Shown here: in pieces, positions 1 to 9,288 of the stretch
Numbering within the stretch: position 1 is the stretch's first letter
How the letters are laid out: every line of letters begins with the position of its first letter
Assembly (NCBI GenBank): GCA_943367855.1
Contig: CALRKH020000001.1
Coordinates: 365 to 64,364, forward strand
From: Asaia bogorensis
GTDB lineage: Bacteria; Bacteroidota; Bacteroidia; Chitinophagales; Chitinophagaceae
DNA length: 64,000 nt
Direction of reading: 5' to 3'
Position numbers and translations under genes: made by a program
Notes under the pieces: model-generated
What the model was told of the DNA's origin: nothing
The model's database searches: none
Seen by the model: the letters and a program-made list of their open reading frames with translations, nothing else

Positions 1-1088
1 TAAGAACCACTCTGCCCAATAGATGAAGGACTAAAGCCTACATTATTAACAGTGGTAGTAGCCGTATACCCAGAAGGACCAGACCAATTGTAAGCAATGA
101 GTGAACCTGTACCAGTTACAGCACCAGCTGTTAGTGTAACAGGATTACCAATACAAACAGATGCAACAGAAGAAGATATGCTGGCAACTGTAGGCTTAGG
201 ATTAACAGTAACTACAACACGAGAGTTGCAACCGCCTGATACAATATATGATATCTGAGCTGTACCAGCAGAAACACCAGATACAACACCACCAGATGTC
301 ACCGTTGCCACACCTGTGTTGCCACTAGCCCATGTACCACCTGTTACTGTGTTAGATAATGTTGTAGTTCCACCTACACACATTGACATGGTACCTGTAC
401 TTGCGGGCGGATCTACACAAGAAAACCATCTCAATATAGTTCCATTTGGTTGATGAGAACATGTTGCGGTAAATGAAGTAGATGTGGCGGTTGTAGAAGT
501 AGTATTAGGTAATATCAGATAATCTGACGCAGAATTGGCTATACCAATACACCAATTAGAATTTGAAGAAGAAAAGCTACCATATCGATACTCTATAACA
601 TTAGTGCCTTCGTACAATTTTATTTGCACATTATAGTTGAACCCCGATGAAGCACAGCAAGGCTGCCAGTTGCTCCACTCAAAAGTAAAAACCCTACTAC
701 CCACACTTCCGGTTGTTTGATAATATGCAGTAGTAAATGCACCGTATTGGTCAGCCCAAAATGCCATTAATTTACCAGCATTAAGACTTCCTGTACTTGC
801 TGATAATGATCCAACTGTAGGGTTGTTATCTAATGATATCCACCCATTAGAACATGCAGCAATATTTGTTCTACTGACACCAGAAAAAACAAAAGTAAAT
901 CCAATAGGAATGTTGGCCTGAGCACAATCATCGCAACTAATAGAAGCGGCTACAGTACCCGGTTGACCAATAATTGTAGCATAAGTTCCAGTTGTCCTTA
1001 CAAAATTATACGATGATGCCGTTTGGGCATTCGCATATGCGCTTGCAAAAACCAGCGCCAATAACAACATGTAGAGTTTTCTAATCAT
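1..1088 (-). CDS. Large secreted protein with BIG2/Ig-like repeats, probable T9SS cargo; 5' part only, runs off the window edge
   Basis: Manual translation from ATG at 1088 gives MIRKLYMLLLALVFASAYANAQ (signal peptide). It continues with a Cys/Ser/Thr-rich beta domain and GGTWASGNTGVATVTSGGVVSGVSAGTAQISY, the same repeat type as 12671..14584. I saw no stop before position 1. Not in the ORF track. Confidence 0.8.
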   Translation of the reverse strand, partial: MIRKLYMLLLALVFASAYANAQTASSYNFVRTTGTYATIIGQPGTVAASISCDDCAQANIPIGFTFVFSGVSRTNIAACSNGWISLDNNPTVGSLSASTGSLNAGKLMAFWADQYGAFTTAYYQTTGSVGSRVFTFEWSNWQPCCASSGFNYNVQIKLYEGTNVIEYRYGSFSSSNSNWCIGIANSASDYLILPNTTSTTATSTSFTATCSHQPNGTILRWFSCVDPPASTGTMSMCVGGTTTLSNTVTGGTWASGNTGVATVTSGGVVSGVSAGTAQISYIVSGGCNSRVVVTVNPKPTVASISSSVASVCIGNPVTLTAGAVTGTGSLIAYNWSGPSGYTATTTVNNVGFSPSSIGQSGS

Positions 1089-1372
1089 ATCCATAAGATT
1101 CTGCAGTTCACAATCAATTTTTAGACTTCTAACCAATTATAACAAAGGCGTAACTTTATTTTAACTCGTTAGGAGCACAAGTTAGGTTTTTACAAATTAA
1201 TCACCAAACAAAATTATCCAAATCCCCTGAACATCACAGAGAAATACAGGACTTTTTTATCATTTTATTTTATTTCATAAACTATAAGTTAAAGGAAATT
1301 AACACCTTAACGCAATTCACAATATATACACATTTACATAGGCAGCTAGAGGGCACCTAAAAATAATCTGAC

Positions 1373-1380
1373 TACCTTTG
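1373..1380 (+). promoter_or_regulatory. Bacteroidota sigma70 -7 element (TACCTTTG) upstream of ileS
   Basis: Exact match to the TAnnTTTG consensus, 75 nt before the ileS start. Confidence 0.55.
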
Positions 1381-1455
1381 CCTACTTTTCAAAAAAGCAT
1401 CTTTCTAATAATTATAAGGTGTTGAAACATTTTCAAACGCAGACGCATTAGGATA

Positions 1456-4400
1456 ATGGCAAAATATAAAGAAACAAAGGGGCTTAACATGCCCAATATA
1501 GAGAAAGACATACTTCTAAAATGGAAAAGCGAAAATAGTTTCTCCAAAAGCATTACCAACAGAGATGGTGCAGCCCCATTTGTATTTTATGAAGGTCCGC
1601 CATCGGCCAATGGTATGCCTGGTATACACCACGTAATTTCCCGCACATTAAAAGACCTCGTTTGCCGTTTTAAAACCATGCAGGGGTACCAAGTGCAGCG
1701 AAAAGCTGGCTGGGACACTCATGGACTACCAGTGGAGCTAGGTGTAGAAAAAGAACTAGGTATCACTAAAGAAGATATAGGCGTAAAAATATCTGTAGAA
1801 GATTATAACCGCAAATGCCGGGAAGTGGTGATGCGTTATAAAGATAAATGGGAAGAGATAACTGAGAAGATGGGATATTGGGTGGATATGACCAACCCAT
1901 ATATCACTTTCGATAATAAATATATTGAGTCGCTTTGGTGGGCATTAAAAGAGCTTTATAACAAAGATCTACTATACAAAAGTGTAAGCATACAACCCTA
2001 TTCTCCTGCAGCAGGCACAGGGCTTAGCAGCCATGAGCTGAACCAACCGGGCACATACAAAAACGTAAAAGACACTACCATAGTTGCTATGTTTCACCTA
2101 AGCAACATGAGCGATGGACTTGAATACCCCAACTCACTGCAGCAAACACTACCACAACTGGCATCGGCCGCCTGGGCTCCCTACTCTACCCCAGAAACTG
2201 AATTGCAAGAAAAAACAGTTTCCTTTATGGCATGGACTACCACGCCATGGACGCTACCTTCTAACTGCGGACTTACAGTAGGCCCCAATATAGACTATGT
2301 GCTGGTGCAAACCTTCAATCCTTACACGCACAGCCCTTGCAACATCATACTTGCACAACCACTGATAAGTAAATACCTAAAACCAGAAAACGAGAACGCA
2401 GACTTTACCATATATAATAAGGACGGCAAAAACATACCTTGGAGAATCATACAAACCTTCAAAGGTGCAGCATTAGAAAACCTGCGCTACGAGCAGCTAT
2501 TGCCCTATGATGGCAATACGCGTGCCATAGCTGGCGGCGACCCTTGGCGCGTAATAACTGGCGATTTTGTAACAACTGAAGATGGCACAGGCATAGTACA
2601 CACTGCTCCCGCCTTTGGTGCAGATGACTATAAGGTAGGCAAAAAACACAATATCGGCATACTGGTGATGGTGGATAAAGAAGGCAAATTCATAGACAGC
2701 ACGGGAGAACTGAGTGGCAGATATGTAAAAAACTACAAGAACGAAGATGAATACAAAGATGTAGATGTAGACATAGCTGTGAAGCTAAAACTGGCAGGAC
2801 ACGCATTCAAGGTAGAAAAGTATGAACACACATACCCTCACTGCTGGCGCACAGACAAACCTATAGTGTATTATCCGCTTGATGCTTGGTTTATACGCAC
2901 TACGGCCGTAAAAGACCGCATGATAGAACTAAACAAAACCATCAACTGGAAACCCAAAGCTACGGGAGAAGGTAGATTTGGCAACTGGCTGGAAAACATG
3001 GTAGATTGGAACCTAAGCCGTAGCCGCTATTGGGGCACGCCACTACCTATATGGCGCACCGAAGACGGAACAGAAGTGAAGTGCATAGGTAGCATAGCAG
3101 AGCTAAAAGAAGCTATAGAAAATGCAAATAAAGTGCTCAACATCAACCAGTTTGTAGATGATGACACACTAGACCTGCACAAACCTTTTGTAGACCAAGT
3201 AATATTGACATCTGCCACAGGCAAACCTATGCGTAGAGAACCAGACCTGGTAGATGTATGGTTCGACTCTGGCGCTATGCCTTATGCTCAGCTACACTTC
3301 CCTTTCACAGAGACACCGGCTGGCGTGCTAGGCAGCAATTTTCCTGCCGACTTTATAGCTGAAGGCGTAGACCAAACACGTGGATGGTTTTATACATTGC
3401 ATGCACTAGCCGTAATGCTCTTTGATAGTGTAGCCTACAAAACTGTGGTGAGCAACGGACTGGTGCTAGATAAGAATGGCAACAAAATGAGTAAGCGGCT
3501 GGGCAATGTAGTTGACCCATTCGAAACCATAGAGCAAAACAGTGCAGACGCTACTCGTTGGTATCTCATCACCAATGCTTCGCCATGGGATAGTTTGAAG
3601 TTTGACCTGGAGGGCATAAAAGAAGTGCAAAGAAAATTCTTTGGCACACTGTTTAACACCTATCAGTTCTTTGCACTGTATGCCAATGTAGACGGATTCT
3701 GTTTTGAAGAAGACTACATACCAGTAGCAGACAGACCTGAAATAGACCGATGGATATTATCGTCGCTCAACAGCCTTGTGAAGCAAGTTACAGATTCGCT
3801 GAACGATTATGAGCCAACTGTAGCAGGCCGTGCAATAGAAAACTTTTTGGATGAGCACCTCAGCAACTGGTACGTACGTCTTTGTCGTCGCCGTTTTTGG
3901 AAGGGCGAATATGAGCATGACAAGATATGCGCTTATCAAACACTATATGAGTGCCTAGAAACATTGAGCTTGCTTATAGCACCAGTGGCGCCATTCTTTG
4001 CCGATTGGCTCTTTAGCAACCTCAACGAAACTACTGGTCGCAACAAAGCAGAGAGCGTACACCTGGCCAACTTCCCAGTAGCTGATGACGACCTCATAGA
4101 CATACAACTGGAAGAACGCATGCAGATGGCACAAGATGTTTCTTCTCTGGTATTGTCTATACGCAAGAAGGTGAACATAAAAGTTCGTCAACCTTTGACT
4201 AAGGTATTGATACCTGTGTTTGACAATAACACTATAGCTCAACTAACTAAAGTGGAAGACCTCATAAAAAATGAGGTAAATATAAAAGCAGTAGAATTTT
4301 TGACTGAAACCGCAGGCTTTATCAGCAAAAAAATAAAACCCGATTTTAAAGCTCTGGGCACACGTATGGGCGCAAAAATGAAGGCGGTAGCTGCTGCAAT

Positions 4401-4848
4401 ATCGGCTATGAACCAAGAGCAAATTGCACAGCTGGAGCAGGATGGCACTTTCCCAATATCGCTAGATGGTGAATTGGTAGCAATATCTCTTTCTGACGTA
4501 AGTATTATAGCTGAAGATATACCTGGATGGTCTGTAGCTAACAAGGGGAATATTACAGTGGCACTAGATATAACAGTGACACCAGAGTTGCTGGAAGAAG
4601 GGATAGCAAGAGAATTGGTAAACAGAGTTCAGAAAGTAAGAAAAGACTCTGGACTAGACGTTACGGATAGAATAAACCTACATGTTGACGGCAGTCCGGA
4701 ACTAAACAGCGCAATAATTAATTTTAGTAACTATATTTGCGCGGAAATTTTGGCAGATAAAATAGAGATAGCATCGGTAAATGACAGTGGGACAGAGGTA
4801 GAAATTAACGAAACAACACTCAAAATACTCATTACAAAAAACACGTAA
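1456..4848 (+). CDS. ileS: Isoleucine--tRNA ligase (Bacteroidota IleRS2 type)
   Basis: FYEGPPSANGMPGIHH (HIGH region), GWDTHGLPVE, WTTTPWTLP, DWNLSRSRYWGTP, DVWFDSG, EGVDQTRGWF and KMSKR (KMSKS motif). Confidence 0.98.
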   Translation: MAKYKETKGLNMPNIEKDILLKWKSENSFSKSITNRDGAAPFVFYEGPPSANGMPGIHHVISRTLKDLVCRFKTMQGYQVQRKAGWDTHGLPVELGVEKELGITKEDIGVKISVEDYNRKCREVVMRYKDKWEEITEKMGYWVDMTNPYITFDNKYIESLWWALKELYNKDLLYKSVSIQPYSPAAGTGLSSHELNQPGTYKNVKDTTIVAMFHLSNMSDGLEYPNSLQQTLPQLASAAWAPYSTPETELQEKTVSFMAWTTTPWTLPSNCGLTVGPNIDYVLVQTFNPYTHSPCNIILAQPLISKYLKPENENADFTIYNKDGKNIPWRIIQTFKGAALENLRYEQLLPYDGNTRAIAGGDPWRVITGDFVTTEDGTGIVHTAPAFGADDYKVGKKHNIGILVMVDKEGKFIDSTGELSGRYVKNYKNEDEYKDVDVDIAVKLKLAGHAFKVEKYEHTYPHCWRTDKPIVYYPLDAWFIRTTAVKDRMIELNKTINWKPKATGEGRFGNWLENMVDWNLSRSRYWGTPLPIWRTEDGTEVKCIGSIAELKEAIENANKVLNINQFVDDDTLDLHKPFVDQVILTSATGKPMRREPDLVDVWFDSGAMPYAQLHFPFTETPAGVLGSNFPADFIAEGVDQTRGWFYTLHALAVMLFDSVAYKTVVSNGLVLDKNGNKMSKRLGNVVDPFETIEQNSADATRWYLITNASPWDSLKFDLEGIKEVQRKFFGTLFNTYQFFALYANVDGFCFEEDYIPVADRPEIDRWILSSLNSLVKQVTDSLNDYEPTVAGRAIENFLDEHLSNWYVRLCRRRFWKGEYEHDKICAYQTLYECLETLSLLIAPVAPFFADWLFSNLNETTGRNKAESVHLANFPVADDDLIDIQLEERMQMAQDVSSLVLSIRKKVNIKVRQPLTKVLIPVFDNNTIAQLTKVEDLIKNEVNIKAVEFLTETAGFISKKIKPDFKALGTRMGAKMKAVAAAISAMNQEQIAQLEQDGTFPISLDGELVAISLSDVSIIAEDIPGWSVANKGNITVALDITVTPELLEEGIARELVNRVQKVRKDSGLDVTDRINLHVDGSPELNSAIINFSNYICAEILADKIEIASVNDSGTEVEINETTLKILITKNT

Positions 4849-4853
4849 CGATT

Positions 4854-6050
4854 ATGGCTATCAACAAAAAACAGGCGGCAAAGCCTGCTAAGAAAAGCAA
4901 AACCGTTTCAGTAAAAACTGTAAAGGCAGCCCCTGTGTCGAAAAAAGTAGCCGAACCGACATCAAAAAAATCGCCAAAAGCACCGGTTAAGCCGGCAGCT
5001 AAAAAGACTGTGGCCCAAAATTCTACGAGCAAAAAGAAAGCACCGGTAGCTAAGCCGGCAGCTAAAAAGACGGTAACACCGAAAAAAGTAGTTAATAAAG
5101 CAGCACCTTCAAAACCTGCCAACAAAAAGGCTTCGCCGGCAACTAAAGAAAAGACAAAATCAAAAGCAACAACCATTAATCTAAAGACTGTGGATAAGAA
5201 GAATAGCAAGCCAGCGCCAACTGCAACAAAATCGACAACTGCGAAAAAGGCAGCGCCGGCGCCTAAAGCCGCTTCGGCCGCCAAAAAAGTAGCAGCAGCT
5301 CCTGAAAAAGCACCTGCTAAAAAAACTGTAGAAAAACCAAAGGTTAAAAAAGTTGCTACACCCGAACCAGTAGCCGCCAAAAAAACAAGCCCTGCTAAAG
5401 CTGAACCAGCAAAAGCAAAAACTGCAAGCAAATCAGCGCCCACCAAAACTATAATTACTAAACAACCTGCAGCTCCAACTCCTAAACCAACCCCTACACC
5501 TGCGGCGAGGTCTACAGAGAAAAAACCTCAGGTGATTATAGCTCACCGTAAGCTGGAAAACAAATCGAAGCAAGTAAAACAAGAGGAAAGTGCAGAAGCG
5601 CCTTACCAACCTGAAACATATAGGTCTATACTTGATGAGGCGCCTGCCCCAGCTCCACAGCAAACCACCGTGTATAGGTATAGCGATGAGGAACTCAATG
5701 AATTCAAACAACTGATTCAAGGTCGTTTGGATGCTGCGCGCAAAGAGTTGCATTACCTACAGGGACTGATAACTCGCAAGGACGAAGCCGGCACAGACGA
5801 TACCGAAAACAGATTCATGAACATGGAAGATGGTTCGGGAGCTATGGAGCGTGAGCAACTAGCACAGCTGGCAAGCCGCCAAATACAATTTATGAACCAC
5901 CTGGAAAAAGCACTGGTACGCATAGAAAACAAAACCTATGGTGTATGCCGTGTAACAGGTAAGCTAATTGATAAAGCTCGTCTGCGCGCTGTGCCACATG
6001 CCACCCTAAGCATAGAAGCTAAAAATATGATGTCGGCTAATAAGCACTAA
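4854..6050 (+). CDS. TraR/DksA-family transcription factor with a long Lys/Ala/Pro-rich N-terminal extension
   Basis: C-terminal about 125 aa: YSDEELNEFKQLI...EQLAQLASRQIQFMNHLEKALVRIENKTYGVCRVTGKLIDKARLRAVPHATLSIEAK. It lies immediately downstream of ileS, as is typical in Bacteroidota. Confidence 0.88.
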   Translation: MAINKKQAAKPAKKSKTVSVKTVKAAPVSKKVAEPTSKKSPKAPVKPAAKKTVAQNSTSKKKAPVAKPAAKKTVTPKKVVNKAAPSKPANKKASPATKEKTKSKATTINLKTVDKKNSKPAPTATKSTTAKKAAPAPKAASAAKKVAAAPEKAPAKKTVEKPKVKKVATPEPVAAKKTSPAKAEPAKAKTASKSAPTKTIITKQPAAPTPKPTPTPAARSTEKKPQVIIAHRKLENKSKQVKQEESAEAPYQPETYRSILDEAPAPAPQQTTVYRYSDEELNEFKQLIQGRLDAARKELHYLQGLITRKDEAGTDDTENRFMNMEDGSGAMEREQLAQLASRQIQFMNHLEKALVRIENKTYGVCRVTGKLIDKARLRAVPHATLSIEAKNMMSANKH

Positions 6051-6071
6051 TCACAGTTAGCCAAGACAAGT

Positions 6072-6117
6072 AAAAAAAGCAGCCCCGAAACGTCATTGTT
6101 TCGGGGCTGCTTTTTTT
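6072..6117. terminator. Bidirectional intrinsic terminator
   Basis: AAAAAAAGCAGCCCCGAAAC-gtcatt-GTTTCGGGGCTGCTTTTTTT is a perfect inverted repeat between convergent genes. Confidence 0.9.
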
Positions 6118-6137
6118 AAGGTTCATTACCAAATTTA

Positions 6138-7715
6138 CTATCTGCGGTAGCTATCTGGAGCTTTGTTTACTTTAGGTAGCGGCTTTCTGGGCAGGCGCTC
6201 ATCTCTTTGTGCAGTGTGATACACAAACGATGCCATGATAATAGATGCCTGCATCAAGTCATTGGCACTCACTCTGTCATAACTATCCATATTGGTATGA
6301 TGCGTTCTAGTGCCATAATCTAGTGGGTCTTGTATAAACTGAAACCCAGGTATACCTACTTCGTCGAAAGAAATATGATCTGTAGAGCCTGTGTTTTTCA
6401 TGGTCACTGCGGTAGCACCCAAGTCGGCAAATGGTGCTAACCATGCCGAAAATATTGGACGAAGTGCTGCATTCTCTTGCAAGAAGATGCCTCTTATTTT
6501 TCCACCACCATTATCCAGATTGTAATAAGCCGAAACGCGCTCTTGCGCCGGAAGCAGCTTCATCGTAAGCCTATCGCCAAAATGCTTTTTCACATAACCT
6601 CTAGAGCCTAACAGACCTTGCTCTTCGCCACTCCACAAGGCAATGCGTATAGTGCGTCTTGGTTTTACACCTATACTTTTCAGTATCCTCATAGCCTCCA
6701 TCACCACTACCGATCCTGTGCCATTGTCGGTGGCACCTGTAGATGCGTGCCAACTGTCCAGATGTGCACCCAGCATCACAATTTCGTCTTTTAGCACAGG
6801 GTCGGTGCCAGGTATTTCAGCTATCACATTATACTCGGTTGAGTCTTGCATCTGAAATGTGGTTCGGGTATCCATCTCTACAGTTACTTTTTTACCAGCC
6901 TCTAGTAGTCTGCCCAACATACCCAAATGCTCCATGCCGGTTTCCATCTCTGGCAGCACTGGCGGGGCATCCCATTTTCTAGATGAGCCATTGCTAGTAA
7001 ACACAGTGCCCATGGTGCCCCTACCTCCACTAAGCACAGCTACTGCACCCTCTGCCTTCAGGAATGAATCTATCTTAGGTATCAGATTCACTCTTGGCTT
7101 TGCAGCAGGTTTGGTAGTAGATAGGTTGGTAACACCATCGTGATTGTGTGCATCCTGCTCTATGTTTTTCAGTTCTTCTTCAGTGAGTCTTTTAGCATCG
7201 GCAGTAAAGTTTATCTTCACCTCATTGTTCAGGTTAGACAGCACAATAATTTTACCACTCAGCTTTCCCACATACTGCGCCATATCTTCCACCTTTTCTA
7301 TGCGCACCAATACTGCTTCAGCACTTATATTACCATTGGTGCCTGGTGTCCATGCACGCGGCACACCTATTATCGGCATATAGTAGGGAGCTGTCATAGC
7401 AGCATAACTCTTGTTGATCTCCCACCCTTTGCCGAAGCCGCCCCAGCGCTCAATGGAGACTTGCTTCATGCCCCAACTCTTTAGCTTGTCTGCTGCCCAC
7501 TTCTCGGCATTTTTCATACCGTTCGATCCGGTCAATCTTGGGCCATTCACCTCTGTCATCTCAAACAAGGTCTCCATTACTTTTGAGTTATTGAAGCCTT
7601 CGTTTCTTATCAGTGTTACAGCTTTCATGTTCACGGGTTCTGTGTTATCTCCCTTGAAGGATAACATTACAACCGCCATAGCCACTAACGGCATCTTGTA
7701 TAATTTCTTCATCAT
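6138..7715 (-). CDS. M28-family metallopeptidase (carboxypeptidase Q-like, with PA-like insert)
   Basis: Signal peptide; metal ligand motifs GAHLDSW, GATDNGTG, WSGEEQGLLGS, YNLD, STDH and HHT. Confidence 0.9.
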   Translation of the reverse strand: MMKKLYKMPLVAMAVVMLSFKGDNTEPVNMKAVTLIRNEGFNNSKVMETLFEMTEVNGPRLTGSNGMKNAEKWAADKLKSWGMKQVSIERWGGFGKGWEINKSYAAMTAPYYMPIIGVPRAWTPGTNGNISAEAVLVRIEKVEDMAQYVGKLSGKIIVLSNLNNEVKINFTADAKRLTEEELKNIEQDAHNHDGVTNLSTTKPAAKPRVNLIPKIDSFLKAEGAVAVLSGGRGTMGTVFTSNGSSRKWDAPPVLPEMETGMEHLGMLGRLLEAGKKVTVEMDTRTTFQMQDSTEYNVIAEIPGTDPVLKDEIVMLGAHLDSWHASTGATDNGTGSVVVMEAMRILKSIGVKPRRTIRIALWSGEEQGLLGSRGYVKKHFGDRLTMKLLPAQERVSAYYNLDNGGGKIRGIFLQENAALRPIFSAWLAPFADLGATAVTMKNTGSTDHISFDEVGIPGFQFIQDPLDYGTRTHHTNMDSYDRVSANDLMQASIIMASFVYHTAQRDERLPRKPLPKVNKAPDSYRR

Positions 7716-7872
7716 TGGTTACTTTCGTTGGTGTAAAATACCAATTTCAATCCGTTGTTGGTTACAGTTATACGCATAATCGTTAAAAAACTGTGACAGC
7801 TTGTAAAATTATCTGGCAGTATTACCATACGTCATTTATTTTTCTATCTTCGCCCCTACAAAAGAAACTTTT

Positions 7873-8547
7873 ATGAAGAAGATTTTTGTTCCGGCTCTGG
7901 CAGCTGCTCTATTGGTAGGCTACAATGCGGACGCACAAACCGGCAAACCAGCTCCAGTAGTAAAGAAAGAAACAGCTCCGGTAAACAAAACTCCGGTGGT
8001 ACCAGTGGCTAAACCAGTAGTGCCTGTAGCTAAGCCAGCCACACCAGCGCCTGCTGCAGCTAAAACTACGCCAACTCCTGCACCGGCAGCTAAACCAGCC
8101 GTGGCAGCTCCTGCACCCAAACCAGCAGCTGCTCCAGTAGCTAAGCCTGCTACGCCAGCGCCTGCTGCCAAAGCTGCTACACCAGCCGCTAAACCAAAAA
8201 CAATCACAAAATCGCCAGTAAAAAAAGCTACTACTGCTCCAAAAGCTAAAACTGCTAAGAAAGCAGCACCAGCTGCGGCACCTGTAGCAGCGCCAGTGGC
8301 TCAACCAGTAGCATCGCCTGCACCAATGCCACAAGTGCAAGAAGAACAACCTGTTAGCCGCCAAGAACGCTCTTATAACGACGAAAGCGACAACAAACCA
8401 AGCTGCCACAAAAACAAAATGAAGCGTGCTTGCAACGGAAACGAAAAAGTAACTGAGCACCCTTGGAAAACTCGTACAAGACATCAATCTCGCTACGAGT
8501 ATATGATGGAATACTACGGCAAGAAGAAAGCAGAAAGAAACAAATAA
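7873..8547 (+). CDS. Secreted Pro/Ala/Lys-rich low-complexity hypothetical protein
   Basis: Signal peptide MKKIFVPALAAALLVGYNADAQ and KPA(A/T)PAPAAK repeats. A TATCTTCG promoter-like element lies at 7845-7852, and a terminator follows the gene. Confidence 0.75.
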   Translation: MKKIFVPALAAALLVGYNADAQTGKPAPVVKKETAPVNKTPVVPVAKPVVPVAKPATPAPAAAKTTPTPAPAAKPAVAAPAPKPAAAPVAKPATPAPAAKAATPAAKPKTITKSPVKKATTAPKAKTAKKAAPAAAPVAAPVAQPVASPAPMPQVQEEQPVSRQERSYNDESDNKPSCHKNKMKRACNGNEKVTEHPWKTRTRHQSRYEYMMEYYGKKKAERNK

Positions 8548-8564
8548 TATTTGCTACAATAATG

Positions 8565-8594
8565 AAAAGCCCTGACACAAGTCGGGGCTTTTTT
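8565..8594 (+). terminator. Intrinsic terminator
   Basis: AAAAGCCCTGAC-acaa-GTCGGGGCTTTTTT. Confidence 0.85.
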
Positions 8595-8691
8595 GTTGCC
8601 TACATACTGTTAATACTATTAGTTGCCTAAACCAACTGAATAGATTTGTAAATACTTTTGGCATATCAATTCAATCTTTGTCAATCATAGC

Positions 8692-9288
8692 ATGTCACTT
8701 ACCATCATTCTAGTAGCAGTCACTGTGCTCACCTCTATAGCAGCGTTCAACAACTCTGATCTTATTTATAAGTTCATTCTGTGGCCCCGCCGAATGGACA
8801 ATCCCAAAGAGTGGTACAGATTACTTACCTCTGGCTTCATACATGCCGACTGGAATCATCTTTTGTTCAACATGTTTTCGCTTTACTTTGTTGGCGAGTC
8901 AGCCGAGATGCTACTGGGGGGCAAATTTCTAGTGCTATATCTCACAGGTATTATAGCCGCATCATTGCCATCATTTTTCAAAAATAAGTACAATAGTTCC
9001 TTTCAGTCATTAGGCGCATCGGGCGGTGTAGCAGCAGTGCTATTTCTGGTTATATATTTCTTTCCATGGGCCAAAGTGCACATACTCTTTATACCCATCG
9101 GCATACCAGCTATTTTGTTTGGCGTCATCTACCTGGCAGCAGAAGCCTACATGTCTAAACGTGGAGGCACCAACATCAATCACGATGCACACTTTTGGGG
9201 TTCTATGTATGGCTTATTGTTTGCCTTGCTGGTAGACCCTACACATGGTTCTAGCTTCATTTATCAGCTCACACATCCTGGCTTTTAG
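8692..9288 (+). CDS. Rhomboid-family intramembrane serine protease
   Basis: WYRLLTSGFIHADWNHLLFNM, catalytic GASGG and HDAHFWG; multiple hydrophobic segments. Confidence 0.93.
   Translation: MSLTIILVAVTVLTSIAAFNNSDLIYKFILWPRRMDNPKEWYRLLTSGFIHADWNHLLFNMFSLYFVGESAEMLLGGKFLVLYLTGIIAASLPSFFKNKYNSSFQSLGASGGVAAVLFLVIYFFPWAKVHILFIPIGIPAILFGVIYLAAEAYMSKRGGTNINHDAHFWGSMYGLLFALLVDPTHGSSFIYQLTHPGF

Noticed and set aside
4832-5446. 204-aa minus-strand ORF rich in Ala/Phe/Gly/Leu
   Set aside because: Antisense shadow of the low-complexity Lys/Ala/Pro region of the DksA-like gene.
7909-8487. Minus-strand ORFs of 192 and 95 aa with W/C/S repeats
   Set aside because: Antisense shadows of the PAAK-repeat gene.
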